From: Candidatus Latescibacterota bacterium
GTDB lineage: Bacteria; Latescibacterota; CBDEFO01
DNA length: 64,000 nt
Assembly (NCBI GenBank): GCA_965248755.1
Contig: OZ252149.1
Location: 544,001 to 608,000, forward strand
Reading direction: 5' to 3'
Shown here in pieces: positions 28,468 through 38,756 of the stretch (position 1 is the stretch's first letter; each line of letters starts with the position of its first letter). The position numbers and the translations under genes were made by a program. Below the pieces are notes generated by a model. It was given only the letters and a program-made list of their open reading frames with translations, did no database searches and was not told where the DNA came from.

Positions 28468-30093
28468 CCCCCATTCGCCATATTAGACCCGAAAAATGGT
28501 TGTCAAAGTCGCCAGAACATGTTATATTACAATAAATAAGACTCATAAATGGCGGATAAATATTGATCATCCAGAGGGTGAAAGAATCAAAGTAGGTTTT
28601 GATGGAGGAATAAAGCTTGAATTTCATGGTGCAAAGGTGACATCAAACGGTGGACTTCTTGCGTATCGTGACCTTGATTACGCACTGGGATTATTTGATT
28701 CGGTATCAGCGGTTTTTACCGATAAACGCACAGGCCGTAATATCCAACATGATATATCTACTCTCCTGCGTCAATCGATATACAGCCGTCTTGCAGGATA
28801 TGAAGATGTAAATGACGCCGAGCGATTATCCGTTGATCCCGTCATGCGAGCGATTACCGGAAAGAAGGACAAAGGCAGGCAAGCTGCCAGCTCCAACACG
28901 ATAGGACGTTTTGAAACTGATATACTGACTCAGCATGACAATCTCAGAAACTTGTCAGATATCAATGGCAAGTGGGTTCAAAAAGCGATGAGTAAAACAC
29001 AGCATCAACGAATCATTCTGGACATGGACAGTTCGGAGAGTCCGGTACATGGCCAGCAGGAAGGATCAGCTTACAACGGTCATTTCGGATGTACCTGTTT
29101 TCATCCAGTGTTCTGCTTCAATCAGTTCGGGGATTGTGAAGGAGTCCTACTTCGCTCTGGTAATGTTCACAGTGCTGATCGTTGGAAGGAAGTTCTGGAA
29201 CCGATCGTCAAGAGATACGAGAGCAAGAAGAATAGGAAATACTTTCGAGGCGATGCTGCATTCGCAAAGCCTGAGATTTATGATTATCTGGAGGGAAACG
29301 GCTATTTGTATGCCATTCGGCTTCCCGCAAATGAGATACTCTATGAAAAGATACGATACCTGCTGACTCGGCCAGTTGGACGACCGCCGAGGAAACCGAT
29401 TGTATCGTTATATGAATTTCAATATAAAGCGGCCAGTTGGGATCAATCGAGGCGAGTGGTCGCCAAGGTTGAATGGCACCAAGGGGAGTTATTCCCAAGA
29501 GTGGGATTTATCGTGACCAACATGAGCGCCAAGCCAGAAGGCGTGGTACACTTCTACAATGGCCGTGGCAGAGCTGAGCAGTGGATTAAGGAGGGCAAGT
29601 ATGCTCTGAACTGGACCCGACTCTCATGCAAGCGTTTCGTCTCCAATCAGGTGAGGCTCTGGCTGTTTGTTCTGGCTTACAACTTGGGCAACTTCCTGCG
29701 ACGTTTTGTTCTTCCGAAGAAAATCAAACACTGGTCACTACGCAGCCTCCTCGTGAAATTTATCAAAATCGGAGCGAAGATTGTCAGACACAGCGGATAT
29801 ATTACGTTTCAAATGGCTGAGGTTGGGATAGACAAGAGGTTATTTGCCGAAATATTATCCCGGATTGAACGATTGCGATGTTATTCTGTTTAAACTGCCA
29901 CATTTTTTTGTGAGTCGATGGAGAGGTGTCTCTAATTGGAGGATTTAAACACAAAGAAAGTGATAATTCAGAGGAAAATACTATTTTAATTGAAAAAAGT
30001 ACTTGTTGAAAAATGTAAAAGTGGTAATATTAATTCAGAAACAAGAATGTATCGAAATATAATCCCTCATGAATGTGATATGGGGAATGTCGG
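28468..30093 (+). mobile_element. IS1380-family insertion sequence, copy 1
   Basis: Imperfect 16-bp inverted ends CCCCCATTCGCCATAT / ATATGGGGAATGTCGG around a transposase; second copy at 43205-44830. Confidence 0.88.
28496..29893 (+). CDS. IS1380-family DDE transposase
   Basis: KVTSNGGLLAYR, RLAGYEDVNDA, LDMDSSESPVHGQQEGSAYNGHF, RGDAAF, FYNGRGRAEQWIKEGK. Confidence 0.93.
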   Translation: MVVKVARTCYITINKTHKWRINIDHPEGERIKVGFDGGIKLEFHGAKVTSNGGLLAYRDLDYALGLFDSVSAVFTDKRTGRNIQHDISTLLRQSIYSRLAGYEDVNDAERLSVDPVMRAITGKKDKGRQAASSNTIGRFETDILTQHDNLRNLSDINGKWVQKAMSKTQHQRIILDMDSSESPVHGQQEGSAYNGHFGCTCFHPVFCFNQFGDCEGVLLRSGNVHSADRWKEVLEPIVKRYESKKNRKYFRGDAAFAKPEIYDYLEGNGYLYAIRLPANEILYEKIRYLLTRPVGRPPRKPIVSLYEFQYKAASWDQSRRVVAKVEWHQGELFPRVGFIVTNMSAKPEGVVHFYNGRGRAEQWIKEGKYALNWTRLSCKRFVSNQVRLWLFVLAYNLGNFLRRFVLPKKIKHWSLRSLLVKFIKIGAKIVRHSGYITFQMAEVGIDKRLFAEILSRIERLRCYSV

Positions 30094-30374
30094 TTCTTAT
30101 GCCTTAACGTCGTTCCTATCGTCCTGCCGCCGCTACGCGAGCATATCGAGGACCTTCCCTTTTTCCTTGTCGATTACTTTATTGAGAAATACAATCAGGA
30201 GTTAGGTGGAAGGGTTAAGGGGGTATCGTCAGAGGTGATGCAGGCATTTTTGTCCTACTCCTGGCCGGGTAAATCCGGGAGTTGGAGAACGTCATCAAGC
30301 AGGTCATTGTGATGGGTAAGGAGGGAAGTATTTGCCTGGAGGATCTTCCACCTGAGATAACGTGTGTAAAATAA
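30094..30374 (+). pseudogene. Frameshifted fragment of a sigma-54-dependent (NtrC-type) activator
   Basis: LNVVPIVLPPLREHIEDLP...YSWPG, frameshift, IRELENVIKQ...LEDLPPEI; begins exactly at the IS1380 right end. Confidence 0.8.
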
Positions 30375-30376
30375 AC

Positions 30377-30604
30377 TAAGTATCTTGACAAAATTTGTCG
30401 GAAATATTAAGTCAGTACAGGTGAGATTGCTTCGCTATCCCCGATAGATTCAATCGGGGATCGGAATGACGGTCGCAAGGGACCCGCAATGATATTACTT
30501 GGCTTTTGCTTATTGTCATCGCGAGGGGCACTTGCCCAGACCCTGTCAGGAGATGCGAGAAGCGGAACCAATCTCAAGGTAAGGGAGGCAGTACCCTGTC
30601 TACT
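30377..30604 (+). repeat. Composite repeat block: MITE family B left end, REP hairpins, CCCCGAT hairpin and heptamer motif
   Basis: TAAGTATCTTGACAAAA...TTAAGTCAG...GGTGAGATTG resembles 46691-46750; contains CCCCGATAGATTCAATCGGGG at 30439-30459. Confidence 0.65.
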
Positions 30605-30607
30605 TGT

Positions 30608-31340
30608 TTACGCTACCTCTTTTTCGAATATCTGGATCTTGAATGCGGCCTTAAGGACATCATCTATACTTTCGGCAAGTATGAACGTCATCTTGCCTTT
30701 GATATTCTGGGGCACATCCTCCAGGTCTTTTTCGTTCTTCTTGGGGAGTACGACGGTCGTTATGCCCGCCCTTTGAGCCGCAAGCACCTTCTCCTTGACT
30801 CCCCCTATCGGTAGGACCTTTCCCCTCAGCGTGATCTCTCCGGTCATGGCCACGTCCCATCTTACAGGATGACCCCTCATAAGGGAAACTAAAGCCGTCA
30901 CTATGGTAACTCCGGCAGAGGGTCCATCTTTGGGGATAGCTCCTGCTGGCACGTGGATGTGAATATCGTTCTTTTCGAAGAAATCCTCGTTTATGCCCAG
31001 ATCCACCGCTTTCGATCTCACGTAGCTTAAAGCCGCCTCGGCCGATTCCTTCATTACGTCTCCGAGTTGGCCTGTGAGGGTCAAGACCTTGTTCCCCTTC
31101 ATCTTCGTAGCCTCAACAAACAGAATATCCCCTCCTGACTCAGTCCATGCCAATCCGGTGGCGACCCCAGGGTCGCTGACCCTTTCGGCTACATCCGAAA
31201 AGAATCTGACAGGACCCAGGTATTTGTGGAGGTCGTTCTTTCCCACCTTAAATGGGCCCTTTTCTCCCTCGGCTTTCCTTTTTGCAATTTTTCTGTATAT
31301 AGCCCCGATCTCCCTTTCGATGTTCCTCAATCCAGCTTTA
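30608..31340 (-). pseudogene. lon: C-terminal fragment of Lon protease (no N domain or Walker motifs)
   Basis: [65 protein letters not shown]; no upstream lon sequence. Confidence 0.85.
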
Positions 31341-31463
31341 GTTATCTTCCATTAGTTAACTTTTCGTAGAGGCAAGCTTACCTCGCCTTTACGGAAACAC
31401 GAGATATTGTTCGACTCCTCAAAACTCACCACAACACATTTCAAAGCAGGGGGAATAATAAAA

Positions 31464-34400
31464 ATGAACACCAAAAAGGATAACTTCAAAGCAATTCTGA
31501 TTGGTATTTTGGTATTGGGCTTTTGGTTGTTTGCATTTGCCCCTTCACCTGCTGCTGCACCAGGCGACATCAATACCGTGGCGGGAAATGGCACTTTTGG
31601 ATTTTCCGGTGATGGCGGTCCAGCTACCAGTGCGAGTATGTCTAATCCTGAGGGCGTATTTGTGGATGGATTGGGCAATATCTATATTGCGGATGAGAGA
31701 AATCACCGGATACGTAAGGTGGATACGTCGGGCAACATCACCACCGTGGCCGGAAATGGCATTGCTGCATTTTCCGGTGATGGAGGTCCAGCTACCAGTG
31801 CGAGTTTACGCTTTCCTACTGGCGTATTCGTGGATGGATCGGGAGTTATCTATATTGCGGACAGCCAAAATGACCGGATACGTAAGGTGAATACGTTGGG
31901 CATCATCTCCACTGTGGCAGGAGGTGGCTTTGCTGAATTTTTCAGTGCCGGGCGTCTAGCTACCGATGCGAGCTTGGCTGGCCCTACTGGCGTATACGTG
32001 GATGGATTGGGCAATATCTATATTGCAGATACGGGTAGTCACCGGTTACATAAGGTGGATACGTTAGGCATCATCTCCACCGTGGCAGGAGATGGCACTG
32101 CTGCATTTTCCGGTGATGGCGGTCCAGCTACCAGTGCGTGGTTGAGCCTGCCTCGTGGCGTATTTGTGGATGGATCTGGCAATATCTATATTGCGGATTA
32201 TAACAATCAGCGGATACGTAAGGTGGATACGTCGGGCATCATCAATACTGTGGCCGGAAATGGCACTGGTGGATTTTCCGGTGATGGAGGTCCGGCAACC
32301 AGTGCGAGCTTGAATTTTCCTGTTGGCGTATTCGTGGATGGATTGGGCAATATCTATTTTGCGGATAGTAGCAATCATCGGATACGCAAGGTGGATACGT
32401 CGGGCAACATCTTCACCGTGGCAGGAAGCGGGGGTACTGGTTTTGGCGCCGGTGGATTTTCCGGTGATGGAGGTCCGGCAGCAAGTGCGAGCTTGAATTT
32501 TCCTAATGGCGTATTCGTGGATGGATTGGGCAATATCTATATTGCGGATAGCAATTATCGGATACGCAAGGTGGAGCCTGCGCCCGATATAGCTGTGAGT
32601 CCGGGTTCTCTGAATTTCGGTCTTGTAGAAGCGGGAGTCCAGAAGTCAGATACTTTGACGGTGAGCAACGCCGGTTATGATACGCTGAGAATCTCCAGCA
32701 TTACTACAAATACGTCCCCTCAACCGTTTGATGCATTCCCAGTTGGTCCATTGCCGGCAGCTGTCCCTCCGGGCGCATTAATGAAGATCGTGGTTCAGTT
32801 CCGGCCTCCTTTTGTAGCTACCGTTAGCACCTTTACCGATACTGTGAAGATTACCAGCAACGACCCGGACACTGGTATTTTTAGAGTTCCTCTGATCGGA
32901 CAGAGCCCTTCACCTAATATAGTTGTTAATCCGACTTCCCTGAACTTTGGTCCTGTGGACGTGGGCGCTTCCAAATCAGATAGTGTGGTGGTGACAAATA
33001 GCGGAACGGATACACTGAATATCTCCACCATCTCTACCTCTCTGCCGTTTAGTGCGCTCCCAATTGGCCCATTAGTTGTCCTTGCGGGCGGATCGTCCAC
33101 GATCGAGGTTCGCTTCGAACCCGGTAATGTGGGGGTATTTAGTGATAGTTTAACTATCAACAGCAATGACCTGGATAGTCCTGTTGTTAAAGTCCCTCTG
33201 CTTGGATTTGTCCCTCAAGCTGCTGAACCGAGCATCATCACCACCGTGGCAGGAGATGGGTTCAGTGATGTGTTTGGGAACGGAAGGTTTTCCGGTGATG
33301 GAGGTCCAGCTACCAGTGCGAGTATGTTTAGTCCTAAGGGCGTAGCTGTGGATGAATTGGGAAATCTCTATATTGCGGATGAGAGAAATCACCGGATACG
33401 TAAGGTGGATACGTCGGGCAACATCTCCACCGTGGCGGGAAGCGGAACTGCTACTTTTGGTGGATTTTCCGGTGATGGTGGTCCAGCTACCAGTGCGAGC
33501 TTGGCGTTTCCTAATGACGTATTTGTGGATGGATCTGGCAATATCTATATTGCGGATACAGTCAATAACCGGATACGTAAGGTGGATACATCTGGCATCA
33601 TCTCCACCGTGGCAGGAAATGGTATTCTTGCATTTTCCGGTGATGGTGGTCCAGCTACCAGTGCGAGCTTGTTTTTCCCTAATGACGTATTTGTGGATGG
33701 ATCTGGCAATATCTATATTGCGGATACAGAAAATAATCGGATACGTAAGGTGGATGCGTTGGGCATCATCTCCACTGTGGCAGGAAGTGGCACTTTTGGA
33801 GATCTCGGTGACGGGGGTCAAGCTACCAGTGCAACTTTGAGAGTTCCACGTGACTTATTCGTGGATGGATTAGGCAATATCTATATTGCGGATAATAGCA
33901 ATCAGCGGATACGTAAGGTGGATACGTCGGGCATCATCTCCACTGTGGCAGGAGGTGGCACTTTTGGAGTTCTCGGTGACGGGGGTCCAGCTACCAGTGC
34001 GTACTTGGGGGGTCCTGTTAGCGTATTCGTGGGTGGATTGGGCAATATCTATATTGCGACTGTGAACGATAACCGGATACGTAAGGTGGATACGTCTGGC
34101 ATCATCTCCACCGTGGCAGGAAATGGCATTGCTGCATTTTCCGGTGATGGAGGTCCAGCTACCAGTGCGAGCTTGGATCGCCCTACTGGCGTATTCGTGG
34201 ATGGATTGGCCAAAATCTATATTGCGGATTCGGTAAATAACCGGATACGTCTGGTGAGGTTTGGGCCCATTATAGCTGTTAATCCTCCTTCTGTGAACTT
34301 CGGTAATGTGAAAGTGGGAGGTGGCAAGGTAGATACTGTGGAGGTGAATAATACAGGGATTGGCACCTTGAGTATCTCTAGCTTCTCTACCTTTGCACCG

Positions 34401-37397
34401 TTCAGTGCAGTCTCAATTGGCCCAGTATCTGTGCCTCCGGAAGGATTGTCCGAGATCGAGGTCACATTCCAACCCGGTTCTGTGGGCGCATTTAACGATA
34501 CATTGACTATCAACAGTAACGATCCGGAAAGTCCTGTTGTCAAAGTCCCTCTGAGCGGAATAGGCTTTGTCCAGCCTCCTGTTGGTGATCTTTCCAACAC
34601 TAAGATCGCCTTTCGCTCAGACCGCGATGGCAACAATGAAATCTACGTGATGGACGCAGATGGCAGAAACCTGATCAAGCTGACCAACGACCCGGGGAGT
34701 GACGGGGGGCCTAGTTGGTCACCTGACGGAACGAAGATCGCCTTTGTGTCAGAACGCGATCTCAACAGCGAGATCTACAAGATGGACGCAAACGGGACAA
34801 ACCTGCTCAATCTGACCAACGACCCGGCCAGTGACGGGCGGCCTAGTTGGTCACCCGACGGGACAAAGATTGCCTTTAATTCAGACCGCAATGGCAACAA
34901 TCAAATCTACGTGATGGACCCTGACGGGCTAAACCAAACAAGACTGACAAACAACCCGGATAATGACAGGCATCCTAATTGGTCACCTGACGGAACGAAG
35001 ATCGCCTTTGTGTCAGACCGCAATGGCAACAATCAAATCTACGTGATGGGTGCTGACGGCTTGAACCAAACAAGAGTGACAACCAACTCGGCCAATGACG
35101 GGGGGCCTAGTTGGTCACCTGACGGAACTAAGATCGCCTTTGACTCAGACCGCGAAGGCAACACACAGATCTACGTGATGGACCCTGACGGGCTAAACCA
35201 AACAAGACTGACAAACAACACGGCTAATGACGGGCAGCCTAGTTGGTCACCTGACGGAACGAAGATCGCCTTTTTCTCAAACCGAGATGGTGACGAGGAG
35301 ATCTACGTGATGGACCCTGACGGGCTAAACCAAACAGAACTGACAGGCAACTCGATCCGTGACGATCAGCCTTCTTGGTCGTCGTTCCTGCCTTCTCCTG
35401 GGCCCAAGATAGCTGTAAATCCGGATTCCGTGAACTTCGGCACTGTGTCAGTAGGTGGTTCTAAGTTGGACACAGTGATGGTGAACAATGCAGGAGGTGA
35501 CACGCTTGATATAACTGGCCTTTCTCCGGCACCGCCTTCGCTGCCGTTCAGTGCGTCCTTGATAGGCCCAAACAGAATCGCTCCGGGCGGATTCACTAAA
35601 ATCGAGGTTAAGTTCCAACCCGATTCTGTGAGGGTATTTAGCGATAGTTTGACTATAATCAGCAACGACCCGGATAGTCCTGTCAAAGTTCCTCTGACTG
35701 GAGAGGGCGCACTTAATCCTGGACCCGATATATCCAATGTATTCCCTTCCAGAGATCTCGTTCCAATCGGCGCTCATGTGCGGATCTTCGCTGATGTGAC
35801 CGATGAAGACGGCGTAGCCTCGGTGACAGCCAATATCTTCGACGCGAACGATGCGGGCTTTACTCCTGCGCAGTTGACGCTCTTCAATGACGGGGAGCAT
35901 AAAGATGGGCTACCCGGAGACAGGTTGTGGGGAAGCGAGCCCTGGCCTACTCCCGCCGATCGTCCCCGTGAGTTCCTTGTGAACATCTTGGCGGCTGACA
36001 GCTTGGGCGCAGAGAGCCATGCAGACAGCGCCGCCTCGTTTGCGACAGCCGACTCCTCAATCTTTGTCACTGTGGGAGCGGGAGATGAAATCGCAGGCCC
36101 CGGCGGTCAAGCGGAAGTTTCTATCTTTGCTTCTAATCTAACAGGTCAAAACGTGCTATCAGGCGAGATAACGCTCGGTTTCGATCCAGCCCTTGTGCAA
36201 TTTGTGAGAGCATTTCCGGGACAACAACCTATCGAAGGTTTCGACTCTAACTCCCCAGAGCCCGGTAAAGCTATAGTAGTCTTTGCCTCAACGTCCCCGC
36301 TTCTTGATACTCCAGATAGTACCTTAGCAGTTGTGCTATTCCAAGTAAACCCCAATGCACCGTTAGGTTCAAGCATGCGCGTATCTGTGGAACAAGCCAA
36401 CCTGAACGAGGGATTTCCTCCTATAGTCACGTTTGATGGAACTGTCACCGTTAAACTTGTTGGAGACCTCAGCAGAAACGGTGAGGTTAAGGCTTTCGAT
36501 GTTTCACTAATGCTGATGCACCTGGTTGAAATTAAAAATGTAATAGATGAATTCTTTGGCGGTGATGTAGGACTATTCGTTGCGATCTCCGACGTGACTC
36601 GCAATGGGGGAGTAACGTCTTTTGACGCTGCTCGGGTACTCCAATTTTTGGTCGGAAAGATCCCGGGACTCCCATTCCACGGGCACGATAGTATTCCGAA
36701 AGCCGTGGATGTTGCTGCTCGTACAGTTAGCATCTCGGATCGATTTGAATTATCTGATGACACTATAAAGTTCCCTCTCTCCATAGACGATATGTCAGGA
36801 GTGCTCGGAGCGGATATATCCCTAAGCTACGACGCATCGAGACTGAAGCCAGTAGGTGTATCTCCTTCAGATATGTTGTCCTCATTTATGTTCCAAAGCA
36901 ACATAGAGGACAACGAGGTTAAGATAGCCTTTGCCTCCGCAGAAGGAGTAGAAGGCAGCGGAGACGTAGCCTACATCGAGTTTGAGATCATCCCTGGTGC
37001 GGGTGACAACCTAGGTGATGACCTGTTGAAGATCTCAGACGTCCAACTCAACGAGGGGTTGATCCCCGTAGTAATTGAGCAGACGGAACTATCGTTGGCT
37101 GTCATTCCCGAAGTCTACGCCCTCTCTCAGAACTATCCTAATCCCTTCAACCCTGAGACAGTGATACATTATGATCTCCCTGTGAGAAGCCGCGTTGACA
37201 TCTCTGTCTTCAACCTGATAGGGCAGAAGGTAGCAACGTTGGTGGCCGTAGAAATGGATGCGGGGAGTCACTCTGTGGTATGGAACGCTAAAGATAGCAA
37301 CGGTGAGAACCTTGCCAGCGGAGTTTATCTCTATCGCATGGAAGCGGGTGGATCGGAAACATTTGTTCGGACGAGGAAGCTGATACTGTTGAGATAG
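31464..37397 (+). CDS. Large secreted protein: two NHL propellers, four Ig-like (ASH/choice-of-anchor D) domains, PD40/TolB-like propeller, cohesin-dockerin-cohesin, FlgD-Ig/T9SS-type C-terminal domain
   Basis: Signal peptide; repeated FSGDGGPATSASL..P.GVFVDG.GNIYIAD; repeated PSWSPDGTKIAF; GDLSRNGEVKAFD / SDVTRNGGVTSFD dockerin loops; YALSQNYPNPFNPETVIHYDLP...LASGVYLYRM. Confidence 0.88.
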   Translation: MNTKKDNFKAILIGILVLGFWLFAFAPSPAAAPGDINTVAGNGTFGFSGDGGPATSASMSNPEGVFVDGLGNIYIADERNHRIRKVDTSGNITTVAGNGIAAFSGDGGPATSASLRFPTGVFVDGSGVIYIADSQNDRIRKVNTLGIISTVAGGGFAEFFSAGRLATDASLAGPTGVYVDGLGNIYIADTGSHRLHKVDTLGIISTVAGDGTAAFSGDGGPATSAWLSLPRGVFVDGSGNIYIADYNNQRIRKVDTSGIINTVAGNGTGGFSGDGGPATSASLNFPVGVFVDGLGNIYFADSSNHRIRKVDTSGNIFTVAGSGGTGFGAGGFSGDGGPAASASLNFPNGVFVDGLGNIYIADSNYRIRKVEPAPDIAVSPGSLNFGLVEAGVQKSDTLTVSNAGYDTLRISSITTNTSPQPFDAFPVGPLPAAVPPGALMKIVVQFRPPFVATVSTFTDTVKITSNDPDTGIFRVPLIGQSPSPNIVVNPTSLNFGPVDVGASKSDSVVVTNSGTDTLNISTISTSLPFSALPIGPLVVLAGGSSTIEVRFEPGNVGVFSDSLTINSNDLDSPVVKVPLLGFVPQAAEPSIITTVAGDGFSDVFGNGRFSGDGGPATSASMFSPKGVAVDELGNLYIADERNHRIRKVDTSGNISTVAGSGTATFGGFSGDGGPATSASLAFPNDVFVDGSGNIYIADTVNNRIRKVDTSGIISTVAGNGILAFSGDGGPATSASLFFPNDVFVDGSGNIYIADTENNRIRKVDALGIISTVAGSGTFGDLGDGGQATSATLRVPRDLFVDGLGNIYIADNSNQRIRKVDTSGIISTVAGGGTFGVLGDGGPATSAYLGGPVSVFVGGLGNIYIATVNDNRIRKVDTSGIISTVAGNGIAAFSGDGGPATSASLDRPTGVFVDGLAKIYIADSVNNRIRLVRFGPIIAVNPPSVNFGNVKVGGGKVDTVEVNNTGIGTLSISSFSTFAPFSAVSIGPVSVPPEGLSEIEVTFQPGSVGAFNDTLTINSNDPESPVVKVPLSGIGFVQPPVGDLSNTKIAFRSDRDGNNEIYVMDADGRNLIKLTNDPGSDGGPSWSPDGTKIAFVSERDLNSEIYKMDANGTNLLNLTNDPASDGRPSWSPDGTKIAFNSDRNGNNQIYVMDPDGLNQTRLTNNPDNDRHPNWSPDGTKIAFVSDRNGNNQIYVMGADGLNQTRVTTNSANDGGPSWSPDGTKIAFDSDREGNTQIYVMDPDGLNQTRLTNNTANDGQPSWSPDGTKIAFFSNRDGDEEIYVMDPDGLNQTELTGNSIRDDQPSWSSFLPSPGPKIAVNPDSVNFGTVSVGGSKLDTVMVNNAGGDTLDITGLSPAPPSLPFSASLIGPNRIAPGGFTKIEVKFQPDSVRVFSDSLTIISNDPDSPVKVPLTGEGALNPGPDISNVFPSRDLVPIGAHVRIFADVTDEDGVASVTANIFDANDAGFTPAQLTLFNDGEHKDGLPGDRLWGSEPWPTPADRPREFLVNILAADSLGAESHADSAASFATADSSIFVTVGAGDEIAGPGGQAEVSIFASNLTGQNVLSGEITLGFDPALVQFVRAFPGQQPIEGFDSNSPEPGKAIVVFASTSPLLDTPDSTLAVVLFQVNPNAPLGSSMRVSVEQANLNEGFPPIVTFDGTVTVKLVGDLSRNGEVKAFDVSLMLMHLVEIKNVIDEFFGGDVGLFVAISDVTRNGGVTSFDAARVLQFLVGKIPGLPFHGHDSIPKAVDVAARTVSISDRFELSDDTIKFPLSIDDMSGVLGADISLSYDASRLKPVGVSPSDMLSSFMFQSNIEDNEVKIAFASAEGVEGSGDVAYIEFEIIPGAGDNLGDDLLKISDVQLNEGLIPVVIEQTELSLAVIPEVYALSQNYPNPFNPETVIHYDLPVRSRVDISVFNLIGQKVATLVAVEMDAGSHSVVWNAKDSNGENLASGVYLYRMEAGGSETFVRTRKLILLR

Positions 37398-37431
37398 GCT
37401 CCTTTCCTGCATGTCTCCAAATCTCTAAATT

Positions 37432-37460
37432 AGGCTCAGTCCATTCGGACTGGGCCTTTT
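37432..37460 (+). terminator. Intrinsic terminator
   Basis: AGGCTCAGTCC-ATTC-GGACTGGGCCT followed by a T run. Confidence 0.75.
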
Positions 37461-37643
37461 CGTTTGTCCATAAGCTTGATTTTTGCGCTATGTATCGTTA
37501 CATTTTTGGGCGGAATACCGCTTTACTGAATAGCCCCGCCATTTTAGCTTGACACAATTGCGTTAATTGATTAACTTGAATACTGTGAAAATTCCTCTTT
37601 AATAAATGCCCTTCAATTCTTATTAGATAAGGCAGGTGAAAAG

Positions 37644-38525
37644 ATGCTGAATCTGAGAGGATCGTTTGTCGCCCTCGTCACGCCCTTTAAAGATGGAAGG
37701 CCGAATGAAAAGAAGCTCGGGGAACAGGTCGAATTCCACATCGAAAACGGGACGGACGGCATAGTCCCCTGCGGGACAACGGGCGAATCTGCCACTATGA
37801 CTCACGAGGAGCACCACAGGGTGACGGAAGCCATAATCGAGGCTGCCAACGGCAGAATATCCATTCTCGCCGGAACGGGCTCCAACAACACGGAGGAGGC
37901 CCTGACCCTCACAAAGCACGCCAAAGCTGCCGGAGCCGACGGGGCGCTTCTGGTCAGCCCATACTACAATAAGCCCACGCAGGAGGGCATCTTTCAGCAC
38001 TACAAGAAGATCAACGACGAAATCGATTTTCCTTTAGTCCTCTACAACGTCCCCGGCAGGACGTCCAGCAACATACTCCCTGAGACCACAGCCAGGCTCT
38101 CTGTTCTTTCAAACATAGTCGGCATAAAAGAGGCCAGCGGCGATTTGAACCAGATCTCCACGGTGGTGCTAAAATCCTCGTCCGACTTTGCCGTTATCTC
38201 CGGCGACGACATGCTCACTTTGCCCATACTCTCCGTCGGAGGCAGTGGCATCATTTCAGTTGTCGCCAATATAGCTCCCAAAGAGGTTGCCGATATGGTC
38301 AGGCACTGGGAGAACGGAAAGTTCGACGAAGCCCTTAAACTCCACAAGAAACTCCTTTCACTTTCACAGGCAATGTTCTTCGAGACCAGCCCTGGCCCAG
38401 TCAAAACAGCAATGAACCTTTTGGGGATGGACGCCGGAGAACTGAGACTTCCCCTTTACAGGATGTCTGAGGATAATCTCAAAAAACTCAAAGCCGCAAT
38501 GAGAGAATTCGGCTTTTCCATCTGA
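37644..38525 (+). CDS. dapA: 4-hydroxy-tetrahydrodipicolinate synthase
   Basis: ALVTPF, CGTTGES, PYYNKPTQEG, LYNVPGRT, GIKEASG, SGDD. Confidence 0.97.
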   Translation: MLNLRGSFVALVTPFKDGRPNEKKLGEQVEFHIENGTDGIVPCGTTGESATMTHEEHHRVTEAIIEAANGRISILAGTGSNNTEEALTLTKHAKAAGADGALLVSPYYNKPTQEGIFQHYKKINDEIDFPLVLYNVPGRTSSNILPETTARLSVLSNIVGIKEASGDLNQISTVVLKSSSDFAVISGDDMLTLPILSVGGSGIISVVANIAPKEVADMVRHWENGKFDEALKLHKKLLSLSQAMFFETSPGPVKTAMNLLGMDAGELRLPLYRMSEDNLKKLKAAMREFGFSI

Positions 38526-38630
38526 TAACCTCAGGGAATCAGATTCAAGACACAAAAGCGTCAGGTTCTTGATGAGACCCGGCGCTTTTGGCTTTTAAGA
38601 TAAGAAGGAGAGATGGAAGTTGGCCACCAA

Positions 38631-38671
38631 CCCCCCTTTAATTCCCCCCTTGTTAAGGGGGGATATAGGGG
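38631..38671. repeat. GC-rich intergenic hairpin (CCCCCC-TTGTTAA-GGGGGG type)
   Basis: CCCCCCTTTAATTCCCCCCTTGTTAAGGGGGGATATAGGGG between dapA and dapB. Confidence 0.55.
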
Positions 38672-38756
38672 CGTGGCTTGCTACCTCCCCATCAAAGCGG
38701 CCACGCCGCCTAATTTTAATAGCTTTGTGCCTTAATAGCTGAAAGGAGAAGTCCCG

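Noticed and set aside
37460..37643. Lysine riboswitch before dapA
   Set aside because: AT-rich promoter-like spacer with no recognisable L-box consensus
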